This document shows, one piece after another, positions 53,856 to 62,548 of a DNA stretch of 64,000 nt. The first letter of the stretch is position 1; each line of letters opens with the position of its first letter. The stretch comes from Acidobacteriaceae bacterium. Its GTDB lineage: Bacteria; Acidobacteriota; Terriglobia; Terriglobales; Acidobacteriaceae. Location: NCBI GenBank assembly GCA_030041515.1, contig JASHNS010000042.1, positions 24,067 through 88,066 of the forward strand, written 5' to 3'. A program made the translations under genes and the position numbers. The notes under the pieces were generated by a model that was given only the letters and a program-made list of their open reading frames with translations, was not told where the DNA came from and ran no database searches.

Positions 53856-53888
53856 TCCCACATCTGCCCGCAGTGGGCAGATGTGGGA
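53856..53888 (+). terminator. Perfect 14-bp hairpin after rplI (no U-tract)
   Basis: The hairpin is TCCCACATCTGCCC-GCAGT-GGGCAGATGTGGGA, 10 nt after the rplI stop. Confidence 0.35.
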
Positions 53889-54089
53889 GGACCCCATCTC
53901 ACCCCGCACGCAGCATCGGGCGCCGCAGCTCATTTCTTCTTCGCAGCGGTTCGCGCCAGACCCGTTCGCCGCCCCGGCTCCCGACAATTCCGCATCCACC
54001 GCGCGCATTCGTTCATCTGTTTCGGATGTAGAGCTTGTTCCATTGGTCCACCTCCCCCCAACAACCGCCGCAATGGCTGAAAGAGACGT

Positions 54090-55148
54090 ATGTATAACGC
54101 AAAGGCGTACTCCGCTGCCGGCGCCACGTCGCCGCTGTCTTCCACCTCAATCGCGAGGCGCGATCCCACCGAGCACGACGTTCAGATCGAAATCCTCTTC
54201 TGCGGCGTCTGCCACTCCGATCTGCATCAGGTCCGCAACGAGTGGAGCGGCGTCATGCCCACCGTCTATCCCTGCGTCCCTGGCCACGAGATCGTAGGCC
54301 GCGTCACCCGCGTCGGTTCCGCCGTCACCAAATTTCGGGCCGGCGACTTGGCCGCGGTCGGCTGCATGGTCGACTCCGACGGCACCTGCCCCGAATGCAA
54401 GGCCGGTCTGGAACAGTTCTGCCCCAACCTCACGCTCACCTACAACTTCCCCGACAAGCACACCGGCAAGGTGACCTACGGCGGGTACTCCGACAGCATC
54501 GTGGTCGATCAGCGCTTCGTGCTGCGCGTTCCGTCGAACCTCGACCTCGCAGGAACCGCTCCGCTGCTCTGCGCCGGCATCACCACCTATTCGCCCATGC
54601 GCCACTGGGGAGTAAGCAAGGGGAAGAAAGTCGGCGTCGTGGGCCTGGGCGGACTCGGCCATATGGCCGTCAAATTTGCTCATGCCCTTGGCGCCCACGT
54701 GGTGGTTTTCAGCACGTCGCCTTCCAAGAAGGACGATGCCCTGCGCCTCGGTGCCGATGAAGTCGTCATCTCCCGCGATGCCGGCGAGATGAGCAAACAC
54801 GCGGGCAGCTTCGATTTCATCCTCGACGCCGTTTCCGCGGATCACGACATCAACGCCTACATCGGTCTCCTCCGCCGCGATGGCAATCTCACCCTCGTCG
54901 GGGCTCCTGAGAAACCCCTGGCCCTCTCCGCGTTCGGCCTGATCATGGGGCGCCGCAGCCTCTCAGGCTCGATCATCGGCGGCATTGCCGAGACCCAGGA
55001 GATGCTCGACTTCTGCGGGCAGCACAAGATCACCTCCGACGTGGAGGTGATTCCCATTCAGAAAGTGAACGAAGCCTATGATCGGCTGCTGAAGTCCGAC
55101 GTCAAATACCGCTTCTCCATCGACATGGCTTCTCTCAAATCGGAATAG
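54090..55148 (+). CDS. Zinc-dependent NAD(P) alcohol dehydrogenase (cinnamyl-alcohol dehydrogenase / YahK-like)
   Basis: Motifs are GVCHSDLHQVRNEW, PCVPGHEIVG, the structural zinc site CPECKAGLEQFC, and the Rossmann motif GVVGLGGLGHMAVKFA. Confidence 0.9.
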   Translation: MYNAKAYSAAGATSPLSSTSIARRDPTEHDVQIEILFCGVCHSDLHQVRNEWSGVMPTVYPCVPGHEIVGRVTRVGSAVTKFRAGDLAAVGCMVDSDGTCPECKAGLEQFCPNLTLTYNFPDKHTGKVTYGGYSDSIVVDQRFVLRVPSNLDLAGTAPLLCAGITTYSPMRHWGVSKGKKVGVVGLGGLGHMAVKFAHALGAHVVVFSTSPSKKDDALRLGADEVVISRDAGEMSKHAGSFDFILDAVSADHDINAYIGLLRRDGNLTLVGAPEKPLALSAFGLIMGRRSLSGSIIGGIAETQEMLDFCGQHKITSDVEVIPIQKVNEAYDRLLKSDVKYRFSIDMASLKSE

Positions 55149-55201
55149 CGCCCCGGGTGCCCCACCCTTGCCGCCTGCTTTTGGCGACGGGGTGGGCGCG
55201 C

Positions 55202-57481
55202 TTACGGCCCCACCGCCACCCGCATCAGCGTCAGCTGCCCATTGTCCGTCTCGATGGCGATGCCCTGCGTGTTGTCGACCAGGTAGAGCGTGAAGTTGCC
55301 GGTGGTCGCGGGCGCGCTCTGGTTGAACCCGGTCAGCGTTCCCGTGAAGACCCCGTTCGCCGCCGGGGTAAACGATCCTCCCACCGCAAAGTCAGCCTGC
55401 GCGCCATTTGCATCCGCAAACCCGGCCAGGTCGTCCGCGCCCGAGTCAGCGGCCGCCAGCACGGATCCCACAGCGTTCCCAAACCCCGGCTCCCCGGCAT
55501 AGGCCAGCCCATACAGGCTCGTGTTCAATCCGTAGTTTCCGCTGAGCGAAGCCGCGCTGAAGCTCCCCGTCTGCTGCTGGAATGCCTCTCCGGAAAACAC
55601 ATCGTCGGCATCGTCGGAAAGAATCAGACCGCCTCCGCTTCCGTCCAAATCGAGGTGCATCGAGTACGTGAATGTGGCGCCGTCGGTCAGGTTCGTCAGC
55701 GTGACCCTCCCTGTCGGATCGACCGTATAGGTCCCCGTTACGGCCAGAGGGTTCTGGGGCGAGCTTTGGCTCAGGTCATTCCAGTTCAGCGTGCCGCTTA
55801 CCGTGCCTCCGGGGTTCAGCGTGATCACGCCCGCCAGTTGCAGTGGTCCCTGCCCGTCTTCTCCTTCCGCGCCGAAGACGTAGCTGGTACCCGCGACGGA
55901 CCCACCGCTGAATTTCCCGGTGTTCGCACCCTGCCCCAGCGCCACGCCCTCCATCGGTCCAGTCACTGCGTAGCTGTTATACGGATCGCCGACGTCGATC
56001 AGGCGGAGGCGCGACCCGCTCACGATGTACCCCGCTACATACTGCGGTCCGAGGTACGAGTTTGCATTCAGGTTCAGCGTGAACAGCACGCGCCCATAAG
56101 CATCCGGAGCGGAAACCGTGCTGGCGCTCAGGGTCTGCGTCCCGCCCCCGCTGAAGCCTTCTCCCTGCACATCCAGCTCGCTGCCGTTTCCTGAGATTCC
56201 TCCCGGGCTGTCAATATTCACAATCCCGGTGATCCATGGCTGCCCATCGTAATAGTTCCCCGCATCCAGCGAAAACGCATACCCTCCCGCAGGGGCGGTG
56301 GTAGCAGTCTGCAGCTCCAGGGTGCCGCTCCCGAGAGTTCCATTGATTCCGGAGATGAATCCCTCCTGGCCTGGGCCCAGCGTCCCCGTCAGCGTTTCCG
56401 GGTTGTCCGGTTCCACATTGATCGTGATCTGCACATTGCCGCTGGGCGTCGTGCTGTAGCTCCCGGAGCTGAATGTCTGCGTCGTCGAGTACGCGCCATA
56501 GGTGCCATCGTCCGAGACAGAGTCCTGTTCGCCCCCGGTAATGGCTCCGTTCTCGGCCGTCAGCACGCCGGTCACGTACTCGGCCAAATCCGGCTCGACC
56601 ACCTGGAACACGTAGGTGCCATTCGCCAGATTCGGCGCCTCGGCTGTAATCGTAACGCTGCCTGATACGAATTTCGTCGGATCCGTGACAGACGTCGCCG
56701 TCAGCGTGACCGTGCCGCCCGGCGGGATCGCCGCGGGCGCCGTGTACTGCGTTTGCGCGTCATCGTCCGTCGTCACCGGGTTGAACGATCCGCAGCTCGC
56801 CGCCCCGCAGCTTACCGACCACTGGATCTGCGGGTTGGCCGACACGTCGTTTGCCACCGTCGCCACGATCCCGATTGTCGAGCCCACCTCGACCGAAGCC
56901 GGCAGCGTGCTGGCGAATGCAACCGAAATCGGAATGGGCGGAACAATCGTGATGGTCGCCGTCCTCGACAGCGACGTATCTGCCACCGACGTCGCCGTCA
57001 CCGTCACCGTCCCGCCGGAAGGCACCGCCGCCGGAGCCGTGTAGGTGACCGCGCCCACCTCATCATTGGGTCCCAGCGTGCCGCAGGCATTCGGGCTGCC
57101 ACAGCTGATCGCGTAGGTGACCGCGCCGTTTTCCCCGGACCCAGGCGCAGAATACGTGGTCGCTGCATAGATCGTGGCCGATGCGTTTACCGCCAGCGTG
57201 GAGGGCGGAGTGCTGACAAAGATGACAGAAACCGGGTTGGGCGGAGGCGGCGTGATGCTCACGCTGCCCACTCCCCCGCATCCCAGCAGTCCCGCTGCTA
57301 TGGCCAGGCCTGCGATCGCAGCCGGCCCGCCGCAAAATATGCTTTGAATGCCCGCCCGGCTGCCCCATCTTTGAACTGCTCTCAGCCGCTGAGCCGCAAT
57401 GAAGTTCCGCCGCAACTGCCCCAGCCGCTTGCCCCGGAGGCCCTGCATGGCATCACACTCCCGTTCGCCTGCCGTCTGCAT
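55202..57481 (-). CDS. Large hypothetical lipoprotein: two Ig-like repeats plus four repeated beta-rich modules
   Basis: It has a lipobox (AIAAGLLGCGG). The two ~95-aa repeats are V.F.ST.P....V..S..I.A......A....QW/YAISCG...CG....(N/D)....V/QYTAP...P.GGTVT.TATSV.D. Four looser G.Y.F...G..TG.....G..SG modules follow. An alternative start is M12 (57448). Confidence 0.6.
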   Translation of the reverse strand: MQTAGERECDAMQGLRGKRLGQLRRNFIAAQRLRAVQRWGSRAGIQSIFCGGPAAIAGLAIAAGLLGCGGVGSVSITPPPPNPVSVIFVSTPPSTLAVNASATIYAATTYSAPGSGENGAVTYAISCGSPNACGTLGPNDEVGAVTYTAPAAVPSGGTVTVTATSVADTSLSRTATITIVPPIPISVAFASTLPASVEVGSTIGIVATVANDVSANPQIQWSVSCGAASCGSFNPVTTDDDAQTQYTAPAAIPPGGTVTLTATSVTDPTKFVSGSVTITAEAPNLANGTYVFQVVEPDLAEYVTGVLTAENGAITGGEQDSVSDDGTYGAYSTTQTFSSGSYSTTPSGNVQITINVEPDNPETLTGTLGPGQEGFISGINGTLGSGTLELQTATTAPAGGYAFSLDAGNYYDGQPWITGIVNIDSPGGISGNGSELDVQGEGFSGGGTQTLSASTVSAPDAYGRVLFTLNLNANSYLGPQYVAGYIVSGSRLRLIDVGDPYNSYAVTGPMEGVALGQGANTGKFSGGSVAGTSYVFGAEGEDGQGPLQLAGVITLNPGGTVSGTLNWNDLSQSSPQNPLAVTGTYTVDPTGRVTLTNLTDGATFTYSMHLDLDGSGGGLILSDDADDVFSGEAFQQQTGSFSAASLSGNYGLNTSLYGLAYAGEPGFGNAVGSVLAAADSGADDLAGFADANGAQADFAVGGSFTPAANGVFTGTLTGFNQSAPATTGNFTLYLVDNTQGIAIETDNGQLTLMRVAVGP

Positions 57482-57560
57482 AGACGGCCCACTCCCCTGC
57501 AGGTTTCACAATTTGTAATGGGTGAGAAGATAGAAACAGGCTTGCCTCAGGTTTTCTCCT

Positions 57561-58424
57561 ATGCTGAAGGTCATCTCCAGTCACGTTTTCCTCACTCACC
57601 GGCTGCATCCCGGGCTGCTCGACGTCTTCGCCCGCACCGGCGCCCAGGGCGTCGAACTCTTCGCAGCGCGCCAGCACTTCGACTACACCAGCCGCCCGGA
57701 CATCCGCGAGCTGGCCGAGTGGTTTCGCTCCAATCCCATCGAGCCATTCTCCATACACGCCCCAATGTTCCCCGACAACGAGATGGGCCGCGGCGGCGCG
57801 CCCGCCGTCAACGTCATCCATCCGGAGAAGGCTCGCCGCATCGACGCGATGGACGAGATCAAGCGCGCCCTCGAAGTGGCCGAGCAGATCCCGCTGCGCT
57901 TTCTCATCCTGCATCTCGGCGAGCGCGACGACACCTGGGGCCTGCGCGCGCTCGAGCACTCCATCACTGCCATCGAGCACCTCCGCGCCTTCGCCGCTCC
58001 GCTCGGCGTCCGCCTGCTCGTCGAAAATCTCGAAGGCGAAGTCGCTACGCCCGCGCACCTCATCGAGATCCTGAACAGCGGCCACTTCACCGATCTCGGC
58101 GTCTGCCTCGACGTCGGCCACGCCCATCTCGGCGAGGGCGTCTCCGCCGCGCTCGAAACCCTGCGCGACCGCCTGCGCTCCTCGCATCTGCACGACAACC
58201 GCGGCGACAAGGACGCTCATCTCTGGCCCGGAGACGGTACCATCGACTGGGATTCGGCTCTCGGCGGCCTGAAAGCTGCTCCCCATACACCGGCCGGCGT
58301 CCTCGAAATCTCGTACAGCATCGGCGAAACGCCCGACTCTGTCGCGGAAAAAGCCTATAAAGCCTTCGAGACGATGGATCAGGCGCGTCCCATCGTCCCT
58401 CAGGAAGCAGAAGAATCCCAATGA
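57561..58424 (+). CDS. Sugar phosphate isomerase/epimerase family protein (xylose-isomerase-like TIM barrel)
   Basis: The AP_endonuc_2 pattern is [34 protein letters not shown] and HLHDN. Confidence 0.8.
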   Translation: MLKVISSHVFLTHRLHPGLLDVFARTGAQGVELFAARQHFDYTSRPDIRELAEWFRSNPIEPFSIHAPMFPDNEMGRGGAPAVNVIHPEKARRIDAMDEIKRALEVAEQIPLRFLILHLGERDDTWGLRALEHSITAIEHLRAFAAPLGVRLLVENLEGEVATPAHLIEILNSGHFTDLGVCLDVGHAHLGEGVSAALETLRDRLRSSHLHDNRGDKDAHLWPGDGTIDWDSALGGLKAAPHTPAGVLEISYSIGETPDSVAEKAYKAFETMDQARPIVPQEAEESQ

Positions 58425-59776
58425 CCGACCCAACTGTAACTGCTGCTGCGACAGAAGCTCCCCTCTCCACCATTGCCCGCATCGGGGAGCACGACGGCCA
58501 GTCCGTCACGCTGCACGCCTGGCTCTATAACCTGCGCGAGAGCGGCAAGCTTCTCTTTCCCATCTTTCGCGACGGCACCGGGACCATCCAGGGCATCGTC
58601 CCGAAGGCCGCGGTCCCGCCCGAAGTCTTCGACACCATCAAAGGGCTCACGCAGGAATCCTCCGTCATCGTCACAGGCAAGGTCCGCGCCGACAAACGTG
58701 CGCCCGGCGGTTACGAAGTAGACGTCGAGAATGTCCGGGCACTGCAGCGCGTGCCTGAAGACGCTCCCTATCCGATCTCGCTCAAGGAACACGGCACCGA
58801 TTTCCTGATGGAGCACCGCCATCTATGGATTCGCACCCCGCGCCAGGCCGCGATTCTGCGCATTCGCGCCGAAATCATCAAGGCCGCCCGCGACTTCCTC
58901 GACGACAACGGCTTCATCCTCACCGATCCGCCCATCCTCACGCCCGCTGCCTGCGAGGGCACCAGCACGCTCTTTCCCGTCGAGTACTTTGGCGACGAAG
59001 CCTACCTGACACAAAGCGGCCAGCTCTACATTGAGAGCACCGCGCTGGCGCTCGGCAAGGTCTACTCGTTCGGCCCCACCTTCCGCGCCGAAAAATCCAA
59101 GACCCGCCGCCACCTCACCGAGTTCTGGATGGTCGAGCCGGAATGGGCCTTTGCCGATCTTGACGACCTCATGGGCCTCGCCGAAAACTTCATCAGCTTC
59201 ATCGTCGACCGCGTCCTCACTCGCCGCGCTGCGGAGCTGAAAACGATCGGCCGCGACATCACGAAGCTCGAAGGCATCAAGCCGCCCTTCCCGCGCCTGC
59301 GCTACGACGAAGCCGCCACCATGCTGAACGAGGCGCATGCGAAGGGCCTGCTCGAACAGCCTTTCGAATACGGCAACGACTTCGGATCCCCGGACGAAAC
59401 CTACATTTCTTCGCAGTTCGACCGTCCCGTGATGGTGCATCGCTATCCCGCCGCGGTGAAAGCCTTCTACATGGAGCCGGACCCCGCCGACCCGAAATAC
59501 GCGCTCTGCGTCGACGTGCTCGCGCCCGAAGGCTACGGCGAAGTGATCGGCGGCTCGCAGCGCATCAGTTCTTTCGAACTGCTGAAGAAGCGCATCGAAG
59601 ATCACCAGTTGCCGATGGATGCGTTTCAGTGGTATCTCGATCTCCGGCGATACGGCTCGGTTCCCCACTCCGGCTTCGGCATGGGGATCGAGCGCGCCGT
59701 CGCGTGGATTTGCGGGCTGGACCACGTGCGTGAGACCATTCCCTTTGCCCGGACCCTGAACCGCATCTATCCCTAG
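58421..59776 (+). CDS. asnS: Asparagine--tRNA ligase
   Basis: It has an OB-fold N-terminal domain and a class II core with the AsnRS-type motif 2 ([28 protein letters not shown]) and motif 3 ([27 protein letters not shown]). The start overlaps the upstream stop (ATGA). Confidence 0.85.
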   Translation: MTDPTVTAAATEAPLSTIARIGEHDGQSVTLHAWLYNLRESGKLLFPIFRDGTGTIQGIVPKAAVPPEVFDTIKGLTQESSVIVTGKVRADKRAPGGYEVDVENVRALQRVPEDAPYPISLKEHGTDFLMEHRHLWIRTPRQAAILRIRAEIIKAARDFLDDNGFILTDPPILTPAACEGTSTLFPVEYFGDEAYLTQSGQLYIESTALALGKVYSFGPTFRAEKSKTRRHLTEFWMVEPEWAFADLDDLMGLAENFISFIVDRVLTRRAAELKTIGRDITKLEGIKPPFPRLRYDEAATMLNEAHAKGLLEQPFEYGNDFGSPDETYISSQFDRPVMVHRYPAAVKAFYMEPDPADPKYALCVDVLAPEGYGEVIGGSQRISSFELLKKRIEDHQLPMDAFQWYLDLRRYGSVPHSGFGMGIERAVAWICGLDHVRETIPFARTLNRIYP

Positions 59777-59796
59777 CCGGCCATAACCAGGTTGTT

Positions 59797-60792
59797 ATGC
59801 CCAAAGTCACTCCGATCCAGCCCGCAACGGCGCATCCCGGCAGCATTCCCGCGCCCGCCGGCGGCGTGCAGACCATCCCGCCGCGCAAAATCAAAATCAT
59901 CGGCGTCCCCCTCGATCTCGGCGCCTCGCGCCGCGGCGTTGACATGGGACCCTCTGCGGTGCGCGTCGCCGGCCTCGAGCCGCGTCTGGAGGCCCTCGGC
60001 CACGTCGTCCGCGACGGCGGCAACATCTCGGTTCCGCTGGCTGAAACCAAGCGCTCCGGCCACCAGAGCGCGCATTATTTGAAAGAAATCACCGAAACCT
60101 GCGCGCGCACCGCCGACGTCGTCGAGAAGACCCTCGCCGAAGGCATGACGCCCGTCATCCTCGGCGGCGATCATTCCGTTGCCGCGGGCAGCGTGTCGGG
60201 CGTTTCGGAATATTACCGTCGCCAGAACCAGAAGATCGGCCTGATCTGGATTGACGCCCACGCCGACATCAACACGCCGCAGACTTCGCCCAGCGGCAAT
60301 GTGCACGGCATGCCGGTGGCTGCGCTGCTCGGCCTCGGTCCAGAGCCGCTGGCCAACATCTTCGATTACTCGCCCAAAGTCGACCCGGGAAACGTCGTCA
60401 TCGTCGGCGTCCGCGACATCGATCCCGCGGAAAAGGAGAACATCCGGCGCGCCGGCATCTCCGAGGTGTACACCATGCGCGACATCGACGAGCGCGGCAT
60501 GCGCACCGTGATGGAAGAAGCTCTGCGCGCGGCCGGCCGCGGCACCGCGGGCTATCACGTCTCGCTCGACATGGACTGGATCGATCCCGAGGACGCGCCG
60601 GGCGTGGGCACGCCCGTCCGTGGCGGCGCCACGTATCGCGAGGCGCATCTCGCCATGGAAATCATCGCCGACCACGGCCGCATGTTGGCGCTCGAAGTGG
60701 TCGAGGTCAACCCGGTGATCGACGAGCACAACCGCACCGCCGATTTGGCGGTGGAACTGATCTCGTCGGCCTTCGGGAAGAAGATTCTTTGA
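59797..60792 (+). CDS. rocF: Arginase
   Basis: The ureohydrolase manganese motifs are GGDHSVAAGS, WIDAHADINTP and HVSLDMDWIDP. The arginase-type motif GNVHGMPVAALLG is also present. Confidence 0.85.
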   Translation: MPKVTPIQPATAHPGSIPAPAGGVQTIPPRKIKIIGVPLDLGASRRGVDMGPSAVRVAGLEPRLEALGHVVRDGGNISVPLAETKRSGHQSAHYLKEITETCARTADVVEKTLAEGMTPVILGGDHSVAAGSVSGVSEYYRRQNQKIGLIWIDAHADINTPQTSPSGNVHGMPVAALLGLGPEPLANIFDYSPKVDPGNVVIVGVRDIDPAEKENIRRAGISEVYTMRDIDERGMRTVMEEALRAAGRGTAGYHVSLDMDWIDPEDAPGVGTPVRGGATYREAHLAMEIIADHGRMLALEVVEVNPVIDEHNRTADLAVELISSAFGKKIL

Positions 60793-60849
60793 GCCGCTCC
60801 CAGCCTGTGCAGCCGCTTCCGTAGTTGTTGGCCACGGAACAGAAGAAGA

Positions 60850-60880
60850 GACCCGGCGAACTTGCCGGGTCTTTTCTTTT
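60850..60880 (+). terminator. Bidirectional rho-independent terminator between arginase and GH39
   Basis: The hairpin is GACCCGGC-GAACTT-GCCGGGTC followed by TTTTCTTTT. The A/G-rich run upstream gives a U-rich tract for the minus strand as well. Confidence 0.8.
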
Positions 60881-60898
60881 CCTGCCGTGCGCGCGGGC

Positions 60899-62413
60899 TT
60901 ACCGCACCCGAATCACCGCCAAACCCATGGGCGGAATGGTCAGTGTCAGTTCGTGCTCGCGGACTTCAATCCCCTCGGGCGATCCGATCTGGGAAGCTTT
61001 GCGGAGCGCGGAGACCTGGGCGGGCGTGGGATCGTTGGGGCTGCCCATTTGCTTCCATGCAGCGAGGGTGTCGCCGTGTTGCGCATCGACGCGCTGGACC
61101 TCGGCCCAGGCGCCGTCGGGCACGCCGGTCAGGTCGAAGGTGACGGTTTTCGGCGCGGCGTCCTGGCCGGGATCGACCAGGTTCCACGCCGCTATCACCA
61201 GCGTGCCGTCCGCGCGCCGCGTCACCAGAGCCTCGTTCTTCGGCGCAGGCAGACGCGTGTCGCCCAGTTCATGCAGCAATTTGAAGGCGTCGTACGCCGG
61301 CTTGGGGATGCCGTCCTCCGCGACGATGCCGAATCCGCCATAGAAGGGCGTTTTCTTCACGCCCTGCTCCTCGAAGACGTCAGAGAAGGACCAGTAGGAC
61401 ATCATCTGCGTCATGCCGTCGCACTGGCTGATGGTATCGGCGAGCCACGGCCCCATAAAGATGGAATCGGTGATTTTCTGCTCGTTGTCGTAGACGGCGT
61501 TGAACTCGCTCCAGATGAGCGGAATGTGGGGCCGCGCGGAGTGGAGGATCTCCTCGTGGACCTTCGCGACCGCGGCTGTCACCATCTGGTAGGGGGCGAT
61601 GGAGCGATCGGAGTGGAAGACGTTTTGCGCGGTGTCGTTGCCGTAGACATGCGTGGAGACGAAGTCGAGGGGGACGTGGTCCTGGACGGCGTGCTGGATC
61701 ATGTCGGGGATCCACGCCGCCTGCGCCGTGGCCGGTCCGCCGACCCGCAGACGCGGGCTGACGGATTTCAGATCGCGCGCGGTGTGGTCGTAGAGCTTGA
61801 AGTAGGACTGCTGCGCGGGCGTGCCGGCCCAGAAGCCGATATTGGGCTCGTTCCAGACTTCGAAGTACCACTGCGAGACTTCTTCGATGCCGTAGCGATC
61901 GACGAGATGCTGGGCGAAGGCGCGGATGAGCGCGTCCCAGCGGGCGTAGTCGTCAGGCGGGGAGATGATGGGGTGGTACCAGAACCCCTGGTAGACGGGG
62001 TGGGCGCCAGCGATCGCCTTCGGCATGAAGCTGATCTCGACGAAGGGACGGATGCCCTGGGCGAGCAGTGCGTCGTAGATGTGGTCGACATCGGTCCAGT
62101 TGTAGACGGGGTTGCCCTGCGCGTCGACGCTGTAGACACCGTTCTCGTCGTCGAGGATGGCGTGAAACCGGACATAGCGGAAGTCGGCGGCCTTCTTCAC
62201 GAGGCGGAGGTCGGACTGATACTGGGCGCGGAGGGCGAGGTTGGCGCGGCCGGAGCCGAACATCTGCTCCCAGAAATGGGGGAAGGGCGTGCCGGGGCCA
62301 GCAGCATCGACGCGGATGGTTTCCTGCGCGGCCGCAGGCTGTTGCGCGGGCGCGGGCACAGCGCAGGCTGCCAGCGCGGCTGCGGCGGCCAGAGCGAAAT
62401 AGGTGCGTCTCAT
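60899..62413 (-). CDS. Secreted glycoside hydrolase family 39 (beta-xylosidase/alpha-L-iduronidase-like)
   Basis: It has a signal peptide, a TIM-barrel with the acid/base motif WYFEVWNEPN, and a C-terminal beta-sandwich. Confidence 0.8.
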   Translation of the reverse strand: MRRTYFALAAAAALAACAVPAPAQQPAAAQETIRVDAAGPGTPFPHFWEQMFGSGRANLALRAQYQSDLRLVKKAADFRYVRFHAILDDENGVYSVDAQGNPVYNWTDVDHIYDALLAQGIRPFVEISFMPKAIAGAHPVYQGFWYHPIISPPDDYARWDALIRAFAQHLVDRYGIEEVSQWYFEVWNEPNIGFWAGTPAQQSYFKLYDHTARDLKSVSPRLRVGGPATAQAAWIPDMIQHAVQDHVPLDFVSTHVYGNDTAQNVFHSDRSIAPYQMVTAAVAKVHEEILHSARPHIPLIWSEFNAVYDNEQKITDSIFMGPWLADTISQCDGMTQMMSYWSFSDVFEEQGVKKTPFYGGFGIVAEDGIPKPAYDAFKLLHELGDTRLPAPKNEALVTRRADGTLVIAAWNLVDPGQDAAPKTVTFDLTGVPDGAWAEVQRVDAQHGDTLAAWKQMGSPNDPTPAQVSALRKASQIGSPEGIEVREHELTLTIPPMGLAVIRVR

Positions 62414-62478
62414 TGCGGATCTCCAAAAAGAGTCATTCTTCCAGCGTACGGAAGAACCGAGACCTGTGTCTTCTCCGG

Positions 62479-62516
62479 AAAAAATTCGGAGGGCATTCGG
62501 TGAAGAAGGCCCTCCG
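62479..62516 (-). terminator. Rho-independent terminator between the partial TonB-dependent receptor and GH39
   Basis: The minus-strand RNA is CGGAGGGC-N14-GCCCUCCG followed by AAUUUUUU, 33 nt after the receptor stop. Confidence 0.7.
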
Positions 62517-62548
62517 GTTAGAAAACGTCAGGAGGCGACGTGAAAACG

